Of a stretch of 64,000 nt of DNA, positions 1 to 13,300 are shown piece by piece. Within the stretch, counting starts at the first letter, position 1, and every line of letters starts with the position of its first letter. Source of the DNA: Lingula anatina (lineage: Eukaryota > Animalia > Brachiopoda); contig CM120649.1 of the NCBI GenBank assembly GCA_051362555.1, forward strand, positions 9,858,001 to 9,922,000. The letters are read 5' to 3'. The position numbers were made by a program, and so were the translations under genes. Below the pieces are notes generated by a model. That model saw only the letters and a list, made by a program, of their open reading frames with translations. It had not been told where the DNA came from and made no database searches.

Positions 1-329
1 TTCATTGTCTATTAAGGGATTGCACGGCAAGCTTTAAGAAGTTCGGCCATATATGATCCGCGGATCTGTTAGTCCGCGGATCAACTTGTTCTAAATGCAC
101 CTTAACAGTGCATTTGACAAGCTCTTCAAAATGCAACAAAACGGGGGTCTCTAGCTTACGGTTTCCAAATAAGAGCAATTAAAATACATAACTGTTGTGC
201 AGACATTCCTGTATAATTACTCAATCAACTAAACACCAGATACCGGTATGTTGGTTTTCAAAAAAAAAAAAAAAAAATATCGTTTACATAATTTGAAAGG
301 TTGCTGAACGGGTGGTGCCTTAAACTAAC

Positions 330-1310
330 CATAGAAAGCCGCAGACAGGTTGTATATTCCATCCATATTTGTTGACGTTGTCCAATCATATTTACCGGTC
401 TCTTGATCAGTTTCTGAATATCCAGGCAAAGACGAGATCGATGTAGAGATTGAGGCACCGCCTGGTTTTTCTGCGACGTGTCCGTATATTGTTATTACGA
501 CTGGTAAGATGGCAGATCCTGGTGGTTCACCTCCATCTTCCGCTACTATGAAGAGTTCGTACCGAGACTGAGCCGGGTATCGCATCACTGTCAACTGCCC
601 AGTGTCCTGGTCGACAGCAAAGGTGTTGTTAGGGTTGCTGTCACCAGTGAATGAGTAATGAACCCTACCGTTTGACCCGCTGTCTACATCTACTGCTACA
701 AACGTCCCAATAATACGCCCTAATGCTCCAGAGGCATCCAGAAGAATATCTGGGAAAACTAACAACTGAAACTCTGGCGCGTTATCATTCACATCTTGGA
801 CGGTGATAGATACTTTCGCGGCAGTGCTTTTAGGTGGCTCGCCCTTATCAGTCGCAACTACTGTCATAATGAATTCTTTCTGGGCAAGGTTCTCGAAGTC
901 AAAAGTGGTTATAATAAGGATCTGTCCCTGGTTGTCGACACTGAAGAAACCTGCGCCGTTACTACCGTACATGGAATACGACAATTCGCCATTTCGACCT
1001 GCATCGGCGTCTATAGCACTTACATTTGTGATATTATTCTGAAATATGATGGCAGACCCTTCAACAGTGTTCTCAAGTATGCTGGTATTGTACCATTCAT
1101 GTGCAAAGGAAGGACTGTGAATGTTTGGACCAATGTGGACAGAGCAGTCGTCGCCGTCGTATTCATCAAAGCATTCACACTGGTTCGCTGAAACACATGT
1201 ACCATGGCCGGAGCAATTGGAAACGTCAGCACAGACGGGTTCGTCACAGCGGGCTCCGAGCCAGCCAATGAAACACTGACATGTGTCGAATGACACACAT
1301 TGTCCGTTGT
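330..1310 (-). CDS. Exon: two EGF repeats, two cadherin repeats, S/T-rich stalk
   Basis: SAIDADAGRNG, FDFE, ATDKGEPP, DVNDNAPEF, AVDVDSGSNG, AEDGGEPP; probable donor gttagt at 329-324 (otherwise the frame stops at 325). Confidence 0.9.
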
Positions 1311-4300
1311 CTGAAATATTTCATGTAATTGAGGAGAAAAAAGAAAACATGTTCAACGCAATAAATAATTACAAAGATAAGTTATAACTATTTATAAGTT
1401 TTCAAGGACAGAATCACAGCTTAAAACTTGTTTGTGATGTGAACTAAAACCATTATGATGACAGATAATGCACAACATACTGTAACAGCAAGTTGATTTA
1501 CACGGAATCCATTAAAGAAGCGTGTAAATAAAACGCTCTGTAAACACAAATGGATTTATGTTGGTGTGTTAGTGAGCACTTAGACCCCATTCCCATAAAT
1601 ATTTAGATCGATCTATCCCCCTGGGGAGTCTCACAAAAGTGGTGTCAGCTTAACAGGCTTAAATGTCTGCCCCGCCTACTAAAATCTGTAAGGGGGTAAT
1701 TAACTATGGTGCGCGCTCGGCTGACTGCAATTTAGCGTGAACCTCCCAGGGAGTTAGGTCGATCTAAATCTTAATCTCTGGATCGATCTAAATCTCTGGG
1801 AATACACCCTTAGATTCACTTGTAATACGAAGTTAATTCTGGCCACAAGTTTCAGAAAATAAACCAAGATAACGGGAGGATCTACATGTAGTTAAAATTA
1901 CGTACATCAAGCTGTGTACAATGCACGCCTTTTTATTGGGGAAAAACGCTTACCAGAACAGTAACCAATAGCTTCACATGAAAAATTGGAACAATCACTT
2001 CCTGAAAAGCCTAGTTCACAGTCACAAAGGTTGGGTTCCAAACACACGCCGTTCCCTGAGCAGTTGTTCATGAAGGAGCAAGACACAGTCGCACAGGTGG
2101 CGCCACTGTAGCCATCATAACACCTGGATTTGTTATTTATTAAATTGGCAATAAAACGGGACATGCATCTTAAGATCTTAAGGCAATATAAAACTAAAAT
2201 TTCTTGGAGGAATGTCCTGTTAAAGCATTAATCAACTCAAACCTTAATGTTAAATATCTGTTTCCAATGTATTTAAATAAAATGTGTTGGTCAGCTTTCA
2301 CACATGAACTGCATTGAATGTAAAAACATGAATCACCTTAAATAGCGGGTGGTATCTCTGAAGAAACACTTACCTGCACATTGTATGGTTTTCATTGCCT
2401 TCAATGGCCACACATATCCCATGTCCATTACAATCATTCAGCATTGAACAATTTATCACCTCTGAACAGTTATCTCCATGGTAACCGTCATAGCACGAAC
2501 AAATGCCAGGAGAGGTACATACGCCGTGCAGAGAGCAGTCATTATTGGAGGAACAGTCTGGTAGAGCACAACCGTTACCATGCCAACCAGAATCACATCT
2601 GCATATGTCGTATCCTACACATTGTCCATGCCCTAAAGACCGGTAATGGGTAGATTGTAAGAAAGATGATCAGTTTAAATGGATTTAATCAACATAATTA
2701 TTTTAATACACACTTCTTGTTTTTGGTTCCAAAACTAGTAAACCACAACAGCTCGAACTCATCTTAGTATTGGGTTTTTAAAATTCACTAAAACAGCGAG
2801 TAAAACTTCAGAAAGCGTGTATTTAAAAGTGACTGAGGACAGAAGTAACACGTTTACATTCTACCCAAGAATCTAGATACAGTTCAACAGGCGGTTTACG
2901 TTTTTCATTAGACTTCGTCTAAACAAACCAAATGGTATTGCTGCATTGTCAATAACGTACTATTCGGATTCAATCTGAAAACCAGTTTATCTTTTCAAGT
3001 CAAATAAGAAAAACAACCTGAACATGCCGCCAAACTTTCACAGGAAAAGACCGTACAATTTGGCCCCGCCCATCCGCTGTCACATTTGCATACGTCAAAA
3101 TCCACACAGACCCCGTGACCGGAACAGTCAGATACGTTACTACAGGTGGCATCGATGCTACAGTCAACTCCTACAACGATAGATAGATAGATAAATGTCT
3201 AATTTCAAGTATATTGATTTTTAATTTTAAAAAATCAAAATTTTACTATAATATCAAACCGTTAACTGAATAATGTCAATTGTTATGTCATGGACCTATT
3301 TCCTCCGAAACTTGAAGCTATGTTTGTTTTACTTCTTATCATCTTCTTATGGTTAATAATGCATTTTTCCTCCGCCAAAGAGAAATATATTCACTTATTT
3401 TTGTCTGTTTGTTTTTCGTCAGTTTGTCACCAGCCTATTAACCTGCATTTTGATGACATTTTCATGATAGTTCAGAGCGTAAATTAAATTTTGGTAGGGG
3501 TCCGTGACCAGGATAACGATTTGAATCCAAAAATAAACAAGGCAGCAAAGCTGTCAAATGTACAGACAAAAAACAGAAAATAAAGATGCAAAATAGGTCA
3601 TTTTGTCAATTTTGATGCAATAATAAATAATGCTTATAATAACACAGTCAGTTAACACTGATTTTTAATCATGCACAACAGGTAACATGGTCAATAACAG
3701 GAGCAGATCCAGAGATATTTTCTGACAGTATTCCAAAGTATCTTTGTTGATCCATCCTCCACTTTTGATGGTCTTCCAACAGAAAAAAATTGATACCAGT
3801 CAATGTAAACTTTAAAATCTGACCGTCATCTGAAAGACCCAGAAGACGGCCTCAATCCACCCCTGCAATAAGATTACAGTTTCTGGACCATGAGAGTTCA
3901 AATTCACATAATGAAAATCCCAATATTTGAAAAATGTTGACAGTGCATAAAATAATATTACATATTGTTTAAAGACATAAAAACCTATGCAACTGCTTAT
4001 GTGGTAATACAGAAAATCTGAAGAGCTTCGGGTGGATGTGAGTTGAAAATGCCAGTGTTTAGAAAAAAATTAAAGAGGAAACACAACAACAACAAAAAAA
4101 TTCCAATAAAGCTGCTATTCAAACTTTTAATCTTGCTGTATTAACATGATATGAATAATCCCAATGTGTTTGAGGATAATAAGGCACTGTTATTCATCTA
4201 TAGCATTAATGTTGGCATTACACAATTTTTTTTCTTTTGTAAACTTATTTGCAATATTAAACAACATTTACCTGCATAATTATCACCAATTCCTAATTAT

Positions 4301-7300
4301 GTGACAGTTAAGAGAGCTTAACCTACAGGACTTGAATGGGAAATCTCAACGTGTGTTTTATGTAATCTTATTTAATGGGCACTTGAAAATTAATCAGGCA
4401 AGTAATTTTGTAGCTCTGAATTTAGCTAGTGATTATCCCAAGGGACAATTACCACCATCCATAAACAGTAGCCCCACATAGCACTCTATAGAGCTGCATT
4501 GCTTCCAAAACAGAAAACAATCACACTGATTTCCAACACAAGCTACACTTCAGTCCTATGAAACTTTTCAGTAAGTTAGAATATCATAAGTAAAATGGTT
4601 TTTCCTTAATGGTCATCCCAGCAGCGATGTCCAAAAAAGTTTTTTTTTTCATCTTTTATGCAATTTAACATAATACTTAACAGCACAATGGCCATCAATT
4701 TTTAATAATAAAGTAAATGTATCATAGCTATTCAAAAGATGTGACTAGCAATGGTATTCAAGCCAATGGAAGTTCAAAGACTAAGTCACATCTTGAAAAT
4801 GTCCATATGTGAAAATTTTAATTGTAACAAAAAACTATATAATTTCCAAGAAAGTTAACCGATATAACAGGTTTTCCAACTGAAGCTATAATTTTATAGT
4901 GCTATGCTACATTTCTGTAAGTTTGAGAAGAGTAAGTGACTTGGTTTTCCTTTAATGGTCACTATGGAGGCATTGTCTAAAATGGGGTCGTCTTCAATTT
5001 TGATGCAATATTACATAATGCTTAACAGCATAATGACCATCAATTTTTAATAATAAAATAAAAGTATCATGGATATTCAGAAAATTTGATATGGAAAGGT
5101 CTTCAGGGCCATGGAAGTTCAGAGTCACAACTTTAAAATGCCAAAATGTAGGCAAGAGATAACTGTACTGAAATGAATTTCTTTCCACTTTCAACACTTT
5201 TTTTTACATATATCAAAATAATCAATTTACTGTCGTTTTCAAATGATCAACTAAGAAAGTTGTTGACATAGGAAAAATATCAATAGAACAATTTTAAATG
5301 TCCAATTTGTTCCATTCTGAGATTCTGAACATGGTGAATGATTGAATCTGACAAACTGCAAAGATATGAGTTAATTTCCATTTTTGACACTTTATTACAC
5401 AATGCACAATAACAGGTTTACCATCTGAATAGTGAAAAAACAGCATAACTTCCATAAAAATGGCCTGATCAGGCTGATTTTCGAACTTGACCTGCGTATT
5501 ATGAATATTCATCATTTCAGTAACTTATAAGCCAAAAAGTAAAACGATTTTTCGCTTATCGTGTTATCGGTGTTGCATTTATGCTGAAAAAAATGAAAAA
5601 ATAGCATAACTTCCACAAATATGGCAAGATCATGCTGATTTTCGAACTTGACCTGCGTATTAAGAATATTCATCAGTTCTGTAAGTTTCAAGCCAAAAGG
5701 TAAAACGGTTTTTCACTTATCCTGTTATCGGTGTTGCATTTATGCTGAAATAAATGAAAAAATAGCATAACTTCCACAAATATGGCCCGATCATGCTGAT
5801 TTTCGAACTTGACCTGCGTATTATGAATATTCATCGGTTCTGTAAGTTTCAAGCCAAAAGGTAAAACGGTTTTTCACTTATCATGTTATCGGTGTTGCAT
5901 TTATGCTGAAAAAAATGAAAAAATAGCATAACTTCCACAAATATGGCCCAATCATGCTGACTTTCGAACTTGACCTGAGTATTATAAATATTCATCAGTT
6001 CTGTAAGTTTCAAGCCAAAAGGTAAAACGGTTTTCCACTTATCGTGTTATCGGTGCTGCATATATGCTGAAAAAAGTGAAAAAACAGCATAAATTCCCTA
6101 TAAGTGACCCGATCATGCTGATTTTCGAACTTGACCTGCGCATTATGAATATTCATCAGTTCTGTAAGTTTCAAGCCAAAAGAAAAAACAGTTTTCCACT
6201 TATCGTGTTATCGGTAAAAGTGCACGGCGACGACGGCAACGACGGCGACGACGGCAACGACGGCGACGACAGACGCAGATGACGGCTATATGTACAGACA
6301 CATCTGTGTCTGTACATAAAAAGGATTCTTTAAAATTGCAAGACGGCTGGGATAATGCCTTGAATGTGTTCACAACTATCACAATTTATCAGCGCACAGG
6401 CTCCAGCTGAGATCTGCGCTACCGGTATACTAATGCTTTTCTTGTTATTATTTCTTACATAAAAATTATATTGATAAGTGATTGAAAAACTGTTAGCAAA
6501 AACAAATATTTGACATGGAAACTACTTGTTTACAAAACTCTCAACATAGAGTTTACGTTCTTATTTTGAACATTAAAACCGTAAAACCGTAAAAAGCGTA
6601 CCAATAAACCCTGCTGCACAGCGACATGTGTTCGTCTTCTCACACACACCGTGTTCCTCGTCTGTACAGTTATTTACGTCAAGGCATACAGCTAAATGGG
6701 AAATATAAGGCAAGTAGATTTTTATTAAAAATTACATTGCTGTTTCTACCTGGTTAAGATACTTCATGGTATATTACCACTTCATAGGATAAGAATTACT
6801 ACTTCATGATAGAAGGCGACTTCATTGGTTAAAAAATAAAGACCCTGAGGAGACTTCATAGTACAGACTTGACATTTAATATGGAATATTTTTTTCCAAA
6901 TCATTTTTCATCAGTTTTGCTGACTGAAAAATGAAAATAAGGGTTAAACTCGTGTTTTAATAACTTTTAATCATCTCTTTGATGTCATGGTGACATCAGT
7001 CCATTAACTGAATTCGCCAGAGAAGCAAACAAAAGCACATTGCCTATTCTATGTCATATGACAACCATTACAAGAGATATTTTGGATCTCCATATTTTCC
7101 AAATTATTGTCTGTTAAAAAGTTACACGCTCCACAAAGGACTCTCATGTCAGTGTAGTAGCGGTCGCTGTTACACCTGACCTTTTCTGGCTACTACCAGC
7201 GCTCTGAAGTGGCAAGGCATTCCTTTGGATAGGTTTTTAGAGTTCAATCTGGAATTGCATTCCAGGCATCGGCCAAAATCTGTCCAATTTGGCCCAGTTT

Positions 7301-10300
7301 TGTTGTAGGACATGTAGGCCATTGATTGGGCGAGTAATGGCCTGCCCACATATTGTCTATGTGGTTCAAATATGGCGATTTTGATGACCAAGGTAGCTGC
7401 TCATTGCCTTAGTTCTGTAAGTAATCTGCTGTTAAAAGTGCTCTGTGTGAACCGTCAATCTCACCGTGCAACCGAAAATTGTTCCAAAGTTGCCCCCAAT
7501 CAAATGAGAGTCAAGTGGTTCCCAGATTATTCCTTTATTTGATCTGGTTCAGGTTTTCGTCGATGACTACCATTGGTGTTTTAGCATCAATGTGGTATCC
7601 ACTCCAAAACCTGACGCTGTTAATACCCTATGTCACTTAAGACGCGACTCACGCTTCGTCGTTGGCCTCCTCTTGATGTCTGTAAACTCTGTTTTGACTA
7701 GTTGAGCGGCACAGGAAAAATCTGACCTCAATAAAGAAAGCCACGAGGTTTCAGTGTTCAACCCAGAAACGGTCAAGGCCCCCAATTCATTAGAGAAATA
7801 TACAACGATGTTTTGTTGTTTACAGTGGGTTCCTCGTGGGTCGTCTGGTACTCTAAAACCAGTTTGGTGTTTACTAAGGGCCTTGAAAAATGCGTATTGG
7901 TGGCAATTTACCCCTCATTCTGAACGGACTGGGTGGTTTTTGTTTAGTTGCAACAGCATATTCCGCAAGACAGTGGGTCCTGTACTCGGTGGTAAGATGT
8001 CAATAATTGGGTGTGGCCTCTGTGTAGGTACATCAGTCCGGGCATTACTCTATAAAACTGCGCGGACCGTTTCGTTTGGCGCAATTATCTGTCTGGCAGT
8101 GTATGTCTTTTTTGCGCCATTCTGCCACAGATTAACAAATTTGTAAAGCACTGCATAGCTCATTTTACACACTGCAAAAACGACCACGTGCTTGCAAAAT
8201 TTCAAATTCTTCTATGCACTAGTTGCCGACATATGGATACATTTTTGACAGAACTATGCTTTGCCAAAGCCAAGCTTTGACCTGCCCAAAGGAGCACCAA
8301 CCAATTAAATCACTGCATATTACATAATCCAGCAGCGCAACAAACCTGGTATTCAGTTAATTGGTAGCAACACACCTGACTGCACACTTCTCCATTCACA
8401 TATCTTATATGAGATCGGAGTTTTTTGAAAAAAAGAACGCATTTTTACCTGGGCATACCTTCGAAACTGAAATATTCCATATTAAATGTCAAGTCTGTAT
8501 ATTACTACTTCATGGGACATTGTATCCAAACATGTTTCAGTTCTGGTTGGATGTGGAAATAAGGCGTAAAGGTTGATATGATGTTTCTTTCTAGACCATG
8601 ATTTCGAGAATGACGTGTGTATTTGCAATGGGGTGGGATGGAGTAACATTACTCACTCACACGACAGTGCGTATTTTCTCTCGTTGGAGTTTAATGAAGC
8701 TGTTATTTTCAGATGTTCTCGTAGATACCCGTGATATTAACTTCCATTAACAATGTACTTTATTTCAAGAGCTCCGGTCCTGTGACGGAAAGCATTATTC
8801 AACGTCCAAATATTGTCAGTTTTTAATCGTCCTGAAATCTGAAAACTAAATGGGTAAAACAAAAAAATTGCTTACAAATAGAGACGCATTTTTGCAGATG
8901 AACGCATTTTGCAACTGCAACGCACGCATTTTGCAACCAAAGAAAATCGTGAAAACGAATTTTTCAACCGGAACGCATTTTGCAACCAGAATTTTTCTTG
9001 GTCAATAAATAGTGTGAAGTTCTATAGAGGTAGAGTCGGAATGGGGACGGGGTTTTCTCGGCTAGGTACGCTGACATTGGTCAAGCTTTCTCCTGGGGTG
9101 GACAATTATATACATGCACAATCTATTTCACATTGATACTTCCTAATCCATCATAGTTAGGAACTTGATACGTCGGGGATTAATAAAACTATCATTATAG
9201 GGATTTGCAAAGGCTCTTCGGAATTTAATTGTGACTAAGGGTGTGGTCGACCCTGGGGGTGGTCTATTCTAATCTGTACATCGTATTTTATGCTAAGAAC
9301 ATGAAACGTGGCTACATACCATTTTGGATGTGGAAGGACACTTCGGATTTTTTTTTGGGGGGGGGGGGGTCCTGGGGGCGGTTGAGTCTAATTGGCATGC
9401 ATTGTAATTCCTGCTATCTACCCTTAGACCAATAAAGTTGGGAACGCAAGGCTATGGGGATTGCAAAATCTGTCTTTGGGGATGTGTATGGGTCCTTCTG
9501 AGTTTTTGTGACATTGGGCGTGGCCGTCCCTGGGGAGGCTGATTTTAAATTTTACATCGTTATTCGTGCTTCTGCACTTACGCCTTTACAGTTAGGAACA
9601 TAAAACCTTCCGGGCTGATAAGACTTACTATTGAGGATATGCACAGGTTTCCGGGAATGTTAGTATGATATTTCAGGTGTGGCTATCCCGGGGGGTTGGT
9701 TGATTCTATTTTTCACATCGTTATTTCTGCCATCTATACCCTTAAATTTTAAGGAACATGAAACGGAGATAGATGAAACAGTCATTTTTAATGAATGTGC
9801 ATGGGTCCTTGAGAAATGTAGAGAACAGCAGAAGCACATACGTACAGAACTAAATGGGTCGACTTCCAGCCATATGCATAAACATAGGTCAGGGAATCCA
9901 AGAAGTTGTACAACTTCTTGGGGAATCCAATTAAAAACTAATTCAAGGCCCCACACACTCAGGAATCTAGCGTTTAACTGCTGTTGTTTCTTAACACAAA
10001 CCAAAAATGTTTATGACCCAAGAGCAGTAATTAGCATGTGTGTTTTATGTTAATGAACAACGGGACTTGGACCCTAGGATTCCTGAGAGTATGGGTCTTG
10101 AATGGGTTTTAATTAACTCCTATATTCAAGAATACTACCGAAGGTCTGTTATAAGTACTGTCTGCTGCTTTCTCTGCATTTCCCCTTCCTTCCTAACTCG
10201 AAGACCGCCTTCAGATTCACACATCGTACTAACTGGGTCGGTCCAACTCTGCAAGGAATCTGACTTAGGTGCAATCTATGGAATCAGCTTCATTGTCTGA

Positions 10301-13300
10301 CAAACTTCTAGGGCTGGCCACACCCCAAGTCACACTAAAATTCCTATGTAGCCCACTCATGCACCAAAGACTCATGCTCCTAATTCGAATGGTCTAGGAG
10401 GAGATGAAATAAATTACGGTAATATATTAGTCAACCATCCCCAGGGGCAACCACACCCCAAGTCAAAAAAAAAGGATGTGTCTATGCACACCCCTACATT
10501 TTAGTTTCCTCAACCTAAAGACCTATGGGTATATATAGCAGGAAATACAATTTAAAGATAATAATCGACCACCCCTAAGGACGGCAACACCCATATAGTC
10601 ACCAAAAATCCGAAGGACACGTGCACATCCCTAATGGCAAGTTTTAATATCCCCAACGTCTCATGTTCCTCACTTTAATGGACAGAGGATAACAGTAACA
10701 ACGATATAAAAATATACCCCTCCCCAAAGGACTGCAAAGTCACACTACTAAAGATCTACGGGTAGATAGCAAAAATTACGATGTAAAAATTACAATCAAT
10801 CACCCTATGGGACAATCAAACCTCGTACTTCAAACCGGTTCAAGGACTTACAAAAATCCTGGTTGCAAAATGCATTGCAGTTGCAAAACTCGTTTTCACT
10901 ATTTTCTTTGGGTGCAAAATGCGTTGCAGTTGCAAAATGCGTTCAGTTGCAAAATGCGGCTCCACAACTGTCATTATGATTGTGAATGGGCCCTTAAGTA
11001 ATTTGAAAAAGAAAAGGGCAGCACACAGCACTGGACAGCTGAGTGCTTGAATGTAGGTCAAGGAATCGAATAAAAAACTGATTGTTGTGTGCTTGGGAGA
11101 GATGACAGAAATTGTGATATGTATAAAATAGCCAGGAGGGTTCGAAAGAACCTCCCTTTTTGCTGGAAAAAGGTCCACTCTGGGTAAAATTTGTCCTAGG
11201 TACATGGGGATTATATGGTAAAAGGTCCACTTTTTCAGAAAAAGAACCCCCCTTAGAAATTGCTGGCTACTGGCCTGATTTATAAATTACAAGAGCTCGG
11301 GTGAGGTGTAAGCACAAAAGAAATAAGCAATCATAAGCAATATACTTGAGACACAATGTTACTTAGCAACTTAACTTTTTCAATTCATCAATTTATTCTG
11401 AATAAATATCAATCTTCAAGCCTGTTGATCTCGCAGATTAACTACGTTAATTAGGCTGCTAAACAACAAGTAGGCAAACCCTCCAAACACCTTATTGACA
11501 GGTTTCCAAATGCAGACTGTATGTGCCGCAGATAATACTTTCGGGTCAAATCAGAGCCACCCAAGTGCACATTTCGGGAACACGTTCGATCACGCCATGA
11601 TGGACATTCACAGGTGTAGGACCAGAACTGAGCCTCTCAGAAGCCAAGGGACAGACGCAAAGAATTACACCTGCGCGTGTCTTTCCTCATGGAAAAATTA
11701 GTCTTTTCAGAATTGGACACGACTTGATCAAGACGATTGTAGTGCACAAATGTATACATGTACCTTCTCTGCTTCTTTTTCACCACCATTATCTATATAT
11801 TTATGTTCAATAATTGATTCCTATTTGTTTATATATCCATCTTATAATCCAGTAACCTACGCGTAAATTATGTTTTCATAGCCTGGTTTACCAGATCCAG
11901 TAGTTTTATGTATCAAGCGGATCTGGCAAGGGAGGACCCAGGGGGTTTGGACCCCCTTTTCTTCAACGCTGACCATAATCTCGCATTATGTACTGATTTT
12001 ATAGAAATACTGGATCCTCACCTACATATGCCTGTGTATTTTAAAATGGTTAGAAACATGCATCCAATACCACTAAAGAAACCCTATTCAGTCATACAAG
12101 TAAATTAAAACGTGCAGTTTACCTATTATGGATAATATTTACAGTACAAAAACATTATATTTCAAAAAAGTTCTCTTTCATAACGTTGGGCCAACAACAG
12201 GTACTTTTTCACCATTATCCCATGAAGTCGCAGGCAATATCTTATGTGGAGAGGAAGTCGCATTTTATCCTATGAAGTCGATTTGACAGTAAGGAGAAGG
12301 ACAGGAGTATTTATCCCATGAAGTGGTAATATACCATGAAGAATCTTAACAGACGCTGCTCGATATCAATGATTAGGTCTTAAAAATTAACAATACAATT
12401 TCATAAAATTGTGCAAAGAATTTTGTAAAATATTCCTCAGAAAGCATTTAAAGTTGGTAAATATATGCATTCTAATCTAAAAGGTACTTGCATTAAAGCA
12501 TTTTACAAAATTATGCATACAGAACTTCTAAGTTTCTTCACTGTCTTTACTTAATTCAGATAATGCGCCTACATTTTTCTTAATAACCATTCTATTCATA
12601 ATTATTAATTCTTACTCTCAGTCATGTCCCTGCAATAAAATACCTACCTTTTTCCTCACACGTGCTGCCTTCCCAACCCACGCTGCACACACAAAAACCG
12701 CTGTCACAGACACCGTTTGCGCATGCTCCACAGAAACCTTATAGTAATGAGTGACATTGAAATATAAAAATCAGTGGAATCAAAACCCGTTAAAAGTTTT
12801 AGTAGATATTAACCATAAGAATGCTTTTATATTAGTAACATTAAACATTTTTTCTGAGACAAACAAAATTACCAAACCCTGATTTATAAACACAAACACT
12901 CTTAGATTTGTAAATTTTGTCACATTATCCACTTCAAATGCGTATTTCACGAATACATAATGAAATTTAAATGAACAGTGGCACAACCGAATTTATTCTA
13001 CCACATATTCACATGTAACTTATGTGTGAATAACGTATCAATACTGCGTTCACAGGTATGAGAACGTACAAAATTATCCTTCACAAGAATTATTGCCATA
13101 CGTATTTCAGCTACATACCTATGGAGCAGTCTGGACCCGACCATTTGTCGTTACATTCACATGAGCCCTTGACACACCTGCCTTTACCATTGCAGTGACC
13201 GGGACATCCTGGAACAGACCATGGAGAGGATGACCTGTTTTATCTGGGTCTCACCACCACAGTTTGTCTCTCACATTTCAATAAGCTTTGTGTTTATACA

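Larger units (their letters stand above)
6750..12352. mobile_element. Putative outer TIR element enclosing nested insertions
   Basis: ctggttaagatacttcatggtatattaccacttcat (6750) is the near reverse complement of atgaagtggtaatataccatgaagaatcttaacag (ending 12352); AC on both flanks. Confidence 0.5.

Noticed and set aside
5430-6215. Regular repeat array as a possible CRISPR
   Set aside because: The units are contiguous 161-bp tandem copies with no unique spacers, in a eukaryotic intron with no cas genes
11460-11700. GC-richer stretch with Cys/Trp codons (CECPSW, KCALGW) that looked like an extra EGF exon
   Set aside because: The motifs lie in different frames with stops, and exons 12648-12737 and 6602-6691 already join into complete EGF repeats
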